Below are positions 48,238-61,175 of a DNA stretch of 64,000 bases, in pieces; position 1 is the stretch's first letter; every line of letters begins with the position of its first letter. Position numbers and translations under genes: made by a program. This DNA is from Nannocystis bainbridge (GTDB lineage Bacteria; Myxococcota_A; Polyangia; Nannocystales; Nannocystaceae), in NCBI RefSeq assembly GCF_028368995.1, contig NZ_JAQNDL010000001.1, forward strand, positions 2,784,001-2,848,000, given 5' to 3'. The notes beneath the pieces were generated by a model. The model saw only the letters and a list, made by a program, of their open reading frames with translations, was not told where the DNA came from and did no database searches.

Positions 48238-50505
48238 ATCGCGAACACGCGCCCAGACACCCTGCCGCCGCTCGAGGACCGGCCGGTCCGGTGGGTCGGC
48301 CGGATCATCGACGGCCGCTACCGGATCGTCGAGCTGCTCGGCGAGGGCGGCATGGGGGCGGTGTACGTCGCCGAGCACCTCAAGCTGCACAAGCACGTCG
48401 CGCTCAAGACGATCCGGGCCCAGTTCGCCGCCAACAGCCAGGCCGAGGCCCGGTTCACCCGCGAGGCCCTGGCCACCGCGCAGCTCGATCACCCGCACGT
48501 CGTCAGCGCGATCGACTACGGCCATTTGCCCGAGGGCGGGGCCTACCTGGTGATCCAGCTGGTGCGCGGTCACAGCCTGACGAAGCGGATCCAGCAAGGC
48601 CCGCTGCCGTGGCAACAGGCGTGCAAGCTGGGCGCCCAGATCGCCGACGCCCTCGCGGCCGCGCACGGCCTCGGCATCATCCACCGCGATCTCAAGCCCG
48701 ACAACATCCTGCTCGAGCCACGCGAAGGCGACGATTTCCACGCCCGCGTCCTCGACTTCGGCATCGCCCGCGTGCCCGCCCGCGAGGGCACCGGCACGAT
48801 CGCCGGCATCGGCCGACCGATCACCCGCATGGGCGCGGTCGTCGGCACGCCGGGCTACATGGCGCCCGAACAGGCCGTCGGCGAGAAGGTCGACACCCGC
48901 GTCGACCTCTACGCGCTCGGCGTCATCCTGTGGGAGGCGTGCACCGGCCGCTATCTGTGGGACGCCGAGGCGCTCACCGACCTGTTCGCCGCCCAGCTGT
49001 CGACCCCTGCGCCCCACCTGCACGCGGCGACGCGCCGGGAGATCCCGCCACCGCTCGCGGCGCTGGTCAATCAATTGCTGGCGCGCAAGCCCGGGGAGCG
49101 ACCGGCCAGCGCCGCCGCCGTGCGCGACGAATTGCGACGGCTGGCCCTCAGCGCCGAGGTCGACCTGATCCTCGCCGCCAAGCCCGGCCCCGGGTCCGCG
49201 ATCGCCACACCCGTGCCCGCCGGACCACCGGCGGCAAAGGCCTCACCCGCGGCGAATCCCGTCACTCCACCCCGCGGCATCGCTCCCCTGGCGAACGTCA
49301 CGCCCGCTCGCAACATCGCCGCGAGCCCCGTGACTCCCCCGCGCGGCCTGGCGAGTCCCGTCAATGCCCGCGGCCCCGCGGCGAGCCCCGCCTCTCCCTC
49401 TCGCAACGTCGCCCCGGCCCGGGACGCCGCGGTCACTCCGCCCCGCGGCATCTCCCCGCTCGCAGCACGCGGGGCCCCCGTCCCTCCCGGCGTCTCGTCG
49501 ACTCCGCCCGCCGCGGCGAGCCGCCTCACGCCTCCCCGCGGCATCTCGCCCGTCGCCGCCCGCCCCGCGCCGGCGACGAGCCCGACACCCGCCCGCGCCG
49601 CCGGCCCCTCCGCCTCCCATCCCGTCGTCACCGCCGGCCCCTCCGCCTCTTATCCCGCCGTCGGCAGCCCCACCATCGTCGGCACCACCGCCGCCGCCCA
49701 TTCCGGCGGCAACCCCTCCGCCTCCTATCCCGCCGTCGGCGGTCCCAACATTGGCGGCGGTCCCAACATTGGCGGCGGTCCCTCCGCCTCCTATCCCGCT
49801 GTCGGCGGTCCCGCCATTGTCGGTACCACCGCCGCCGTCAGCAATGTCAGCACCTCCGGCGCCGCCGCCTCTGCGCCCGCGACCGGTGCCCCCGCCAGGG
49901 TCAGCCGCGCCACTCCCCAGCCGAAGTCCGTCGCCACCGCCACGGCGATCCCTCGCATCGTCTGGCTCGGCGGGCTCATCGGCCTCGTGCTGATCGTCGT
50001 CACCGTCTTCGTCGCCACCGACCTGGCTGGCCGGGAGGACAGCTCCATCGCCGCAGCCGCCGCGCCCGTCGTCGCCGCTGGCGGCACGACCGGCGATCCT
50101 GCCTCGCCGGACTCGCGCCCGCGCTGGGCCGCGCTCGAGGCCCAGCTCGCCGAAGTCCCCGAGCTCTACGTCGACCACGCGCGGACCTTGTTGACCAGCG
50201 ACGACGCCCGCGCCCGCGAGCGCGCCGGCACGGCCATCGCCCTCGCCCCGCCCGAGGACAAGCCCACCATCCCCGAGTACCTGCGCAACCTCGCATGGTT
50301 CGAGCAGGTCACCGAGTGCGCCCACAAGCGCCCGATCCTCGACAAGATCCGCGACGCCGGCGACCCGCGGGCCCTGCCTGGCCTGCTGCGCATCGCCGCC
50401 ACCCCGCCCGGCGACTGCCGCGTCGGCACCATGCGCTTCGAGTGCATCGAGTGCCTGCGCGACGAGCTCGCCCGCGTCATCACCCGCTTCGAAGCTCGGC
50501 CCTGA
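48238..50505 (+). CDS. Ser/Thr protein kinase with Pro-rich linker and TM helix (start codon atypical or uncertain)
   Basis: GRYRIVELLGEGGMG, VALK, HRDLKPDN, DFG, GTPGYMAPE; the first canonical start (48352) lies inside the Gly-rich loop. Confidence 0.88.
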   Translation: MANTRPDTLPPLEDRPVRWVGRIIDGRYRIVELLGEGGMGAVYVAEHLKLHKHVALKTIRAQFAANSQAEARFTREALATAQLDHPHVVSAIDYGHLPEGGAYLVIQLVRGHSLTKRIQQGPLPWQQACKLGAQIADALAAAHGLGIIHRDLKPDNILLEPREGDDFHARVLDFGIARVPAREGTGTIAGIGRPITRMGAVVGTPGYMAPEQAVGEKVDTRVDLYALGVILWEACTGRYLWDAEALTDLFAAQLSTPAPHLHAATRREIPPPLAALVNQLLARKPGERPASAAAVRDELRRLALSAEVDLILAAKPGPGSAIATPVPAGPPAAKASPAANPVTPPRGIAPLANVTPARNIAASPVTPPRGLASPVNARGPAASPASPSRNVAPARDAAVTPPRGISPLAARGAPVPPGVSSTPPAAASRLTPPRGISPVAARPAPATSPTPARAAGPSASHPVVTAGPSASYPAVGSPTIVGTTAAAHSGGNPSASYPAVGGPNIGGGPNIGGGPSASYPAVGGPAIVGTTAAVSNVSTSGAAASAPATGAPARVSRATPQPKSVATATAIPRIVWLGGLIGLVLIVVTVFVATDLAGREDSSIAAAAAPVVAAGGTTGDPASPDSRPRWAALEAQLAEVPELYVDHARTLLTSDDARARERAGTAIALAPPEDKPTIPEYLRNLAWFEQVTECAHKRPILDKIRDAGDPRALPGLLRIAATPPGDCRVGTMRFECIECLRDELARVITRFEARP

Positions 50506-50697
50506 GGGCGGCCGCCACGCTCAAGCCCGGCCGCGAGAGCAGCGGCCACCCGCGAGGCGCTCGAGCTGGTCACCTGACCGCCGCCGGCTCCAGGGCCGCG
50601 AATTCACGGCTTTCGCCGTCCAGCGCCATTCACGCCGTGCACCACCGCACGGCCCGCGCGGCGCCTCGCCGCCGCGGCTCGGGTAGTCTCCGCGCCC

Positions 50698-52320
<1,623 letters not shown>

Positions 52321-52327
52321 GCCCGAC

Positions 52328-52361
52328 CGGCGTGACCGTCGCTGCCGGCGGTCACGCTGTT
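52328..52361 (+). terminator. Terminator-like hairpin after ABC-F
   Basis: cggcgtgaccgtcg-ctgc-cggcggtcacgctg, a 14-bp stem with two G-U pairs; weak U tract. Confidence 0.45.
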
Positions 52362-52439
52362 CGCCCGCCGCCTGCGCGCCCGGCCCGCTGCCTGACCGTT
52401 CGGACAGGACACGAAGCCGGACCGCCGCCCGGCTCTACC

Positions 52440-52509
52440 TGACTCGATGGACATGCCCCTGAGGGCATGTCCGATCGCACCTGTCCGTCGGCACATGCCC
52501 CGACGTTCA
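52440..52509. repeat. Array of 5 head-to-tail 14-bp units
   Basis: TGACTCGATGGACA TGCCCCTGAGGGCA TGTCCGATCGCACC TGTCCGTCGGCACA TGCCCCGACGTTCA. Confidence 0.88.
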
Positions 52510-52529
52510 GGCGCCCGCGCCGGTCGGCT

Positions 52530-53339
52530 TCAGCCGCAGCTCTCGACGACCACCACGTTCTCGGCGCTGCAGTAGTAGTTGTCGCCGTTCGGCATGCAGC
52601 AGCCGATGCCGTTGACCGCCGTGTCGGGGCTGCACGGGTCGCCCTCCGCTGCGTCGGGCGGGCAGTCGATCGGGTTGACGCCGCCCGGGTCTTCGCCCGC
52701 GCCGCCGCAGCCGTAGTACTCGAAGCTCGCGTCCCAGCCGCAGTTGCCGTACGCCCCGCCGGTGGTCTCGGGCTCGGTCGTGCCGAAGGTCGTGTCCGGG
52801 TCTTCGGTGGTGACCCAGCCGGTGCTCGGCTCCGGCTCGGTCGAGCTCGCGCTCGTGGTCGAGCCGGTGCCGCCGCAGGCCGGCTCGTCGGGGAAGATCG
52901 CCCCGTAGCTGGCGAGCCCGTCGGCGCAGGCCTGAAGACACTGCTCCGTCACTTCGGGCGTGGCCCAGCACGTCCCCTCCGGCCCGTAGGCCATCTCGAT
53001 CTCCGCCAGCGAGTCGGGGTTGATCGCGCCGACGCACAGGATGTACTGCGGACAGTCGCCATACTCCCCGGTGGTCCCGGTGGTCCCCTCGGTCGGGCCG
53101 CCGGTCTCGGTCACGCCCGAGGTCCCGGTGCCGCCCTCGGTCGGGTCGCCGGTCGGGTCGCCGCCGCTCGGGTTGCCGCTCGGGTTGCTGGTCGGCCCGC
53201 CGCTCGGACCGGCCGAGGCCGTGAGGTTGCCGATCGTGTCGAGCGGGTCCTTGCTTTCGCCGCAACCGACGAGCGTCGCGGACACGACCAGGCAAGAGAC
53301 CAAACCAGCGAGGGGACGAGACAGGGACGCGGGGGACAT
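52530..53339 (-). CDS. Cys-rich lipoprotein
   Basis: Lipobox LVGC; two Cys-rich domains separated by Thr/Gly linkers. Confidence 0.8.
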   Translation of the reverse strand: MSPASLSRPLAGLVSCLVVSATLVGCGESKDPLDTIGNLTASAGPSGGPTSNPSGNPSGGDPTGDPTEGGTGTSGVTETGGPTEGTTGTTGEYGDCPQYILCVGAINPDSLAEIEMAYGPEGTCWATPEVTEQCLQACADGLASYGAIFPDEPACGGTGSTTSASSTEPEPSTGWVTTEDPDTTFGTTEPETTGGAYGNCGWDASFEYYGCGGAGEDPGGVNPIDCPPDAAEGDPCSPDTAVNGIGCCMPNGDNYYCSAENVVVVESCG

Positions 53340-53541
53340 CGACGGCGCTTCTACCAAGCACATCCGCCCCTCGCAAGCGCCGGCGGGGCCTCGCCGGGTC
53401 CTGGAGCCTTTGCCGGCCGCCGGACCGGACCTGTCCCGAGAGACATCTGACAGTCGCGCCTGGCCGCCCACCGCCCTTACCAGCGACAGGCCGCCCCGCC
53501 CGGGCCCGCGCGGTCGCGCGAGCCCGCGGGCAGCCGCCCCG

Positions 53542-54714
53542 TCAGGGCGTGCAGTAGGCGACCGTGCGACCCGCGTACTCGGTCGTCGCGCAGCCCGAGT
53601 AGCCCGCGGCCACGCAGTCGATCATGCCCGGCTGGTCCCACTCGCAGAACGAGATCGTCGCGCCGTCGCAGCTCTCGGGCCCATCGAGCTCGCACTGCGT
53701 GTTGACGAAGCCGCACGAGGCCCCGCCGGCGAACGGCCCCGCCTGCACGTAGCCGCAGCCCTGCCCGAGCGGCTCGACCGTCGCGCAGTCGCGGCGGCTC
53801 AGCTGCCCGCCGGCGCACGTCTCGAGCACGTCGCCGTCGCACTCCTGCGAGAAGAAGTCGCACGGCTCGCCGGTGCCGATGCAGGCGGTCGCGTTGCGCA
53901 TCGGGTCGAAGCCGCAGGTCTCGCCGGCGATCGTGAACCGCTGCTCGCCGTCCTGGCCGTTGATGAGCACGAAGCCGTTCTGCGTGCGGCAGTCGACGCG
54001 CGACAGGAACCCGTCCGGGTCGCACTCGATCAGCACGGCCGGGTCGTCCGGGTCGCACTTGGCCTCGGTCACCCCGTACTCGCACGGCTCGAGCCCGCAG
54101 CCGGCCCAGATGTCGACCCCGCACTGCTGCCCCGCCGCCGCGCAGTCGATCGCGGCGATCGGCGCGCCCTCGAAGTCGCAGGCGACCCACTGATCGCTCA
54201 CGCACAGGCTGTCACCCGGCTTGTCCTTGCAGGCGTCCGCGTGTGCCTCGGGCGGGGGCGAGCAGGCCCGCACCGTCGCGCAGTCGGGCGCCGCCAGCTT
54301 GCACTCCATCGCCTCGATCGACATGCGCATCGTCCCGGTCGACGACCACGTCCACGGCACCTCGAGCGCGTGCGCCAGGCAGGCCTGCAGCCCCATCGGC
54401 GTGCCGCCGTCGGCCTCGCAGGCGTTGATGCGCAGGCAGTCCTCGACCCGCGGGTCGGTCTCGGGCGGCCCCTCGCTCGTGCCCTCGCTCGTGTCGCCGC
54501 TGGTCGGCGCGCCGGTGGTCGGCTCGGTCGTGCCCTCCGTCGTCGGCCCCGTGGTCGGCCCGGTCGTCGGCCCGCTCGTCGAGCCGGTCGTCGACGCGCT
54601 GTCCGTCGTCGCGCTGTCGGTCGTCGCCCCGCCGTCGGAGCTGCATCCGGCCATCAGCGCCCCGCCGAGCGCGAGGGCCACGAAACTTCTATGTACATGC
54701 CAAGAACGCTGCAT
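53542..54714 (-). CDS. Cys-rich lipoprotein
   Basis: Lipobox LMAGC, Thr-rich linker, repeated CDG..L..C modules. Confidence 0.8.
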   Translation of the reverse strand: MQRSWHVHRSFVALALGGALMAGCSSDGGATTDSATTDSASTTGSTSGPTTGPTTGPTTEGTTEPTTGAPTSGDTSEGTSEGPPETDPRVEDCLRINACEADGGTPMGLQACLAHALEVPWTWSSTGTMRMSIEAMECKLAAPDCATVRACSPPPEAHADACKDKPGDSLCVSDQWVACDFEGAPIAAIDCAAAGQQCGVDIWAGCGLEPCEYGVTEAKCDPDDPAVLIECDPDGFLSRVDCRTQNGFVLINGQDGEQRFTIAGETCGFDPMRNATACIGTGEPCDFFSQECDGDVLETCAGGQLSRRDCATVEPLGQGCGYVQAGPFAGGASCGFVNTQCELDGPESCDGATISFCEWDQPGMIDCVAAGYSGCATTEYAGRTVAYCTP

Positions 54715-54886
54715 GCCGCGAGGGTTAGCACGGCGACCTCGCGCGGCCACGTGACGATTCCGCCGCATGCCGCGGAGCGAGCTTGCGATTGCTCTCGCCC
54801 CGCGGGGCCGCCGCCGCGATCCGTCACGCCGAAGCGCCGCGATGTCGCACCCGATCCCGCACCCGCACCTGCGGAGCCTCCCCGCG

Positions 54887-54942
54887 TGCTCGCAAGGACA
54901 TGTCCCCATCGCCATGTCCCTATCAACATGTCGCAACGGTCA
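54887..54942. repeat. Array of 4 head-to-tail 14-bp units in a divergent promoter region
   Basis: TGCTCGCAAGGACA TGTCCCCATCGCCA TGTCCCTATCAACA TGTCGCAACGGTCA. Confidence 0.88.
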
Positions 54943-55121
54943 TGTCGGTCGCGCGCGAGCGGTCGCGGGCGCGGCTGGGCGCCGGCCCGGGGGCGCGTTC
55001 GGGCGCCAAAGCGCGCATGACGCCCGTTTCCGCGCCCGCCGCGGCAAGGTTACCCGTCGGCCGTCGATCCGGAATACCCTCATCGTGGTCGGCCGTTGTC
55101 CGCCGACCGAGCGAGGCGACG

Positions 55122-57449
55122 ATGGCCACCCCAGGCGAATCTCCCAGCCCTCCGCCGCGCAGTCGCGGCCGCCGGGCCCTCTCGATCACCGCCCAGTTGC
55201 TGCTCGGCCTCGGCCTCGGCGCCGCGCTGACCGAGGTCGCCTTCTCGGTGCGAGACGGCGGCGCGTTCCCCCACGTCAATTTCTACGTCGCCGACCCAGA
55301 GCTCGGCGTCCGCCTCGAGCCGGGCGCGACGATGGAGTTCCGGCTCAAGCCCAACCCCTCGACGACGATCCACGTCAACAGCCGCGGCTACCGCGGCGAC
55401 GAGTGGCCGGCGCCCGGCGGCGACGAGGTGATCGTGGTCGGCGACTCGCAGGTGTTCGGCCTCGGCGTCGACGACGACCGCACCTTCGCGGCCCAGCTCG
55501 CGCAGCTCAGCGGCCGCCCGGTCGTCAACGGCGGCGTGCCGACCTACGGGCCGCAGGAGTACCTCGCGGTCGCGCGCGAGCTGCTGGCCGAGCGTCAGGC
55601 CAAGACCGTCGTGGTCGTCCTCAACTTCGTGAACGATCCATTCGAGATCGATCGGCCCAACCACGAGCGCCACGCGGTGTGGGACGGCTGGGCGGTGCGC
55701 AGCGAGACGGCGCCGGCGAGCGTCACCCAGTTCCCGGGCCGCAAGTGGCTGTTCTCGAAGTCGCACGCGTTCTACACCCTGCGCCGCTGGCTGCACGCGC
55801 GCGGCACCGTGAAGATCCCCGAGGACTCCGAGCTCGGCAGCCCCGTCGACGCCGGCACCCCCTCCGAGGGCGGCCTCGACGACCTCGTGCTCGCCAGCCG
55901 CTCCGCTCGCGCCGCCGCCGACGCCGAGCATCAGACCGCCGTCGCCGCGCTCACCAGCTCGCGCACCCGCCTCGACGACCTCGACAAGCAGCTCACCGAC
56001 CAGCGCGTCACCATCGACCGCAAGCTCGCCGCCGCCAGCGACGACGGCAAGCTCGGCAGCTTCCAGCTCGAGGTCGCCCGCGGCAAGCCCGGCGACATCG
56101 TCCGCGAGGACTACGGCGAATCGAGCCGTTCGGTCCAGGTCACCGCCAGCCTCATCCGCCAGGCCGCCAAGCTGCGCAACGACCAACTCGCCGCCCAGCT
56201 CAAGAAGGAAGAGAAGGCCGGCAAGACCGAGCTCCAGGACCTGATCAAGGCCGAGGCCGGCCTCGTCGCCGAGCAGCAGCGCCTGCGCAAGCAGATCGCC
56301 GCCGGCGTCAAGCCGCCCGGCCGCCCGCCGTCGCGCTTCCACGACTACCTGCAGCAGTTCAAGGCGATGTGCGACGAATACGGCGCCGAGCTGGTGGTGG
56401 TCGCCCTGCCGATCGACGTCCAGGTCGACCCCGGCGAGTGGGCCAAGTACGAGGTCCGCGACGCGCCCGACATGCAGGACTCGCTCATCTTGCTCGACGA
56501 CCTGGTCGCCGACGCCACCTCGCTGGGCCTGCGCGCGCTCGACGTCACCGCCGCCCTGCGCGCGGCCCAGCCCGGCGCCTTCCTCGATCACGACATTCAC
56601 ATGACCGCCAAGGGCCACGCCGCGTTCGCCGTGGCCCTCGCCGATCGCCTCGAGACCGCCCTGCCGGTCGCGCTCGAGGCCCCGAAGGACGGCCTGCCGC
56701 CCGGGCGCTCGTTCGTGCCGACGGCCGCCGAGTGGCCGGCCGCGCCGGAGGTCAAGGTCAGCGGCTCGACGGCGCTCGGCTGCTCGACCCAGATCGAGCG
56801 CGAGTGGTTGCGCGTGCAGTGCCGCCGCCGCGCCGCCGGCGACCGCTTCGGCGGCGTGGTGGTGAGCGAGGGCGCGACCCCGGCGACGATGGCGATGCGC
56901 ACGCTCGACGGCCTGTCGCTGGTCACGCCGCTGACCGTCGGCGAGCCGCTGACCGCCCGCTTCTACTGGAAAAAAGAGGTGCACGATCTGCAGATCCGCT
57001 GGCCCGCGGGCGAGGACGGCAAGCCGCGGTTCGCCGGCGAGTTCGTCAAGGCCGAGCTGACGATGCCGCCGGCCGACGCCGCCGCCGAGGCCGCGATCGC
57101 CGGCCTGTGCGCCTGCCACCAGCAGACCCGCAAGGAGCAACTGTGCGCCCAGGCCGGCAAGCTCGACAACGACTACGAGGACTACGCCTACGACTGCAAG
57201 GACGTCTGCAGCGACCTGTGGGGCGATCCTTCGCTGATCGCCGCCTGCACCCGCGCCCACCCGGCGGACAAGGACTGCGCCGCCCGCCTGGCCTGCGTCC
57301 AGAACGACCCGCTGTTCGCGCCCGCATGTCCCGAGGGACAGATCCTCGCGTTCGCCAGCAACACCTGCCGGAGCCCCTGCGACGAGGCCCACCCGTGCCA
57401 GGAAGGCGCCCGCTGCATGCCCTGGCACGGCGGAGGCGTGTGCCTGTGA
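55122..57449 (+). CDS. Membrane-anchored SGNH/GDSL hydrolase with coiled-coil insertion and Cys-rich tail
   Basis: NSRGYRG, VVGDSQVFG (block I), NGGVPTYG, FVND, DIHMTAKGH (block V). Confidence 0.88.
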   Translation: MATPGESPSPPPRSRGRRALSITAQLLLGLGLGAALTEVAFSVRDGGAFPHVNFYVADPELGVRLEPGATMEFRLKPNPSTTIHVNSRGYRGDEWPAPGGDEVIVVGDSQVFGLGVDDDRTFAAQLAQLSGRPVVNGGVPTYGPQEYLAVARELLAERQAKTVVVVLNFVNDPFEIDRPNHERHAVWDGWAVRSETAPASVTQFPGRKWLFSKSHAFYTLRRWLHARGTVKIPEDSELGSPVDAGTPSEGGLDDLVLASRSARAAADAEHQTAVAALTSSRTRLDDLDKQLTDQRVTIDRKLAAASDDGKLGSFQLEVARGKPGDIVREDYGESSRSVQVTASLIRQAAKLRNDQLAAQLKKEEKAGKTELQDLIKAEAGLVAEQQRLRKQIAAGVKPPGRPPSRFHDYLQQFKAMCDEYGAELVVVALPIDVQVDPGEWAKYEVRDAPDMQDSLILLDDLVADATSLGLRALDVTAALRAAQPGAFLDHDIHMTAKGHAAFAVALADRLETALPVALEAPKDGLPPGRSFVPTAAEWPAAPEVKVSGSTALGCSTQIEREWLRVQCRRRAAGDRFGGVVVSEGATPATMAMRTLDGLSLVTPLTVGEPLTARFYWKKEVHDLQIRWPAGEDGKPRFAGEFVKAELTMPPADAAAEAAIAGLCACHQQTRKEQLCAQAGKLDNDYEDYAYDCKDVCSDLWGDPSLIAACTRAHPADKDCAARLACVQNDPLFAPACPEGQILAFASNTCRSPCDEAHPCQEGARCMPWHGGGVCL

Positions 57450-57482
57450 CGGCAGACGCGTCGCCAGCCGGCGCGGCGGGGT

Positions 57483-57737
57483 TGGCCGTTTGGGCATGTC
57501 CCGAGGGACATGTGCCGCGCAACCGCGCTCGGCTCGTGACATTATCCGAAGGACATGTCCCACGGGACACGCCATACCTCGGCAACCCGCTTGCAGGGCA
57601 CGTCACACGCGGCACCGTCGTCATCGATGGACATGTCCCGAGCGACATGTCTCCCGAATCATCCCGCGCTCTCGCGCCTCGCCCCGGCTCCGGCTCCCCG
57701 CGCCTCACATTCCCCAGCGGACATGTCCTTGTAGACA
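57483..57737. repeat. Intergenic cluster of paired 14-bp units
   Basis: TGTCCCGAGGGACA 57497, TGTCCCACGGGACA 57556, TGTCCCGAGCGACA 57634 and TGTCCTTGTAGACA 57724, each with an abutting degenerate unit. Confidence 0.88.
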
Positions 57738-57762
57738 TGTCCCGCCGCCCCCGGAGCCCGCG

Positions 57763-58470
57763 ATGAGCCGCGACCTCACCGGCTTCCTCGCCCGCCTGCT
57801 CAGCCCCCTCGCCTGGCGCGGCCCGACGCGCAGCGCTCGCAAGCTGTACGCCTTCGCCCTCGCCGAGCAGGGCAGCATGCTCGACCTCCGGCTCGCCGCC
57901 GCGCGCACTCCTTCGCCGGCGCGGGCGGCCGCCTACCTGCGCCACGCCGACGACGAGGCCCGGCACGCGCAGATGTTCGCCCGGCGGGCCGCCAGGCTCG
58001 CCGGTGAGGCCGCCCGGCCGTTCGTGCTCCCGCCGCTGCGGGCCGACTCCGAGCGGCTGTTCGAGCTGCTCGGCGAGCGCGAATTCCTCGCCTTCGTGCA
58101 CGTCGGCGAGGAGCGGGCCCGGCGGCAGTTCGAGGCCTACGTCACATGGTTCAAGGGACAGGCGCGCGACCAGGACGCCGCCCTGTTCGAGACCATCCTC
58201 GGCGACGAGCGGCGCCACGGCCGTTACACCCGCGAGCTGCTGTTCGAGCTCGCCGGCGACCTCGAGGCCCGCCGGGCCCTGCGCCGCGTCGGCCGCTGGG
58301 AGCTCGGGCGTCGGTGGCTGCGCGCCGGCCGGTTCGTCGCCGAGCGCGTCTACCTCGTCCTCACCCTCGCCCTCTACGTGCTCGCCGCCCCGCTGGCCCT
58401 GCTCGTCCGCCTGGTCCGACCGATCCGCCCCGGCCTGCGCGCCGAGGGCTCCCGCATCCTGCCCGAGTGA
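57763..58470 (+). CDS. Ferritin-like domain protein with SxtJ-like hydrophobic C-terminus
   Basis: AEQGS...DEARHA...GEERA...DERRH di-iron pattern; tail WLRAGRFVAERVYLVLTLALYVLAAPLALLVRL. Confidence 0.75.
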   Translation: MSRDLTGFLARLLSPLAWRGPTRSARKLYAFALAEQGSMLDLRLAAARTPSPARAAAYLRHADDEARHAQMFARRAARLAGEAARPFVLPPLRADSERLFELLGEREFLAFVHVGEERARRQFEAYVTWFKGQARDQDAALFETILGDERRHGRYTRELLFELAGDLEARRALRRVGRWELGRRWLRAGRFVAERVYLVLTLALYVLAAPLALLVRLVRPIRPGLRAEGSRILPE

Positions 58471-58477
58471 TCGCCTC

Positions 58478-60183
<1,706 letters not shown>

Positions 60184-60187
<4 letters not shown>

Positions 60188-60450
60188 CCGCGCATGATCG
60201 CGGTGCTCGCGTCGCTCGTGAGCGAGAGGACCCCATGACCGCGCCCGTCGTGACCCGTCCGCCGCGCCCCGGCCTGCTGCGCCGCCTCGCCGCTCGCCTG
60301 CGCACCATCGGCGGCCTCATCCTCCATTTCCTCCACCCGGCGAGGTTCGTGCTCGCCCCGCTGCTGATCGTCCTGCTGCTCGCGGGCGTGCTGCTGTGGC
60401 TCACCGGCGGCCTCGCCTACGTGGCCCCGTTCGTCTACACGCTGTTCTGA
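60184..60450 (+). CDS. Small membrane protein, SxtK/DUF5989-like (alternative start 60235)
   Basis: LAPLLIVLLLAGVLLWLTGG...APFVYTLF C-terminus; ATGA coupling to the carbamoyltransferase. Confidence 0.82.
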
Positions 60451-60511
60451 TCCTGGAAACCAGGACGCTCCCGCTTTCCGCTGGCGCAACTCACCGACTG
60501 ACGCCAAGCCG

Positions 60512-61075
60512 TCAGACCAGGCGATAGATCGCGTGGCGCAGCGGGCGAATCAGCTGGATCATCGCCTCGTCGCCCTTCAGCAGCGCCGCCGCCGTCAGGC
60601 ACGCCTCGGCCAGCACCACCTCGACCAGCTCGGGCGACAGCCCCAGCTGCTCACCGACCGCCCGCACCCGCGAGCGCTCGGCCGGCGACAGCCCGTCGAG
60701 GGCCGCCAGCAGCGTCCCGCCCGACAGCACGTAGAGCGCCAGCGAGCTGTGTGGCTGCACCACCTCGGCCACGTGCTCGGGCCGCACCTCCGACACGTCG
60801 AACGCCAGCAGGTGGCGCTGCGCCACCTCCGGCAGGCCGTGGCGGTCCATCAACCGCTTCAGCCCCGTGACCTCCGCGCCGCTGACCCCGTCGGCCGCCG
60901 CCATGTACTTCGACAGCAAGATCAGGTGCAGCTCGGTCTCGACGCTGATCTCCGCCCCCAGCCCGTGGACCGCGTGGTCGCGGACGCTGAGCTCGACGTT
61001 GCGGTACGTCTCGTCGTCGAGACCGTCGATTAGCTCCTGGACCGACGCCAGGATCGGGTTCGTCGCCGCGTTCAC
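60512..61075 (-). CDS. Hypothetical protein, TerB-like duplicated helical motif
   Basis: MAAADGVSGAE and LAALDGLSPAE repeats. Confidence 0.7.
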   Translation of the reverse strand: MNAATNPILASVQELIDGLDDETYRNVELSVRDHAVHGLGAEISVETELHLILLSKYMAAADGVSGAEVTGLKRLMDRHGLPEVAQRHLLAFDVSEVRPEHVAEVVQPHSSLALYVLSGGTLLAALDGLSPAERSRVRAVGEQLGLSPELVEVVLAEACLTAAALLKGDEAMIQLIRPLRHAIYRLV

Positions 61076-61175
61076 GCGGTCCGTTTATAACCCACGCGTT
61101 CGCCGGCCCGCATGGGGGTCGCGCCGCCGGTCGGGCGCGATCTCGTCCGCGCCGCGTTCCGCGGCGAGCTCGACC

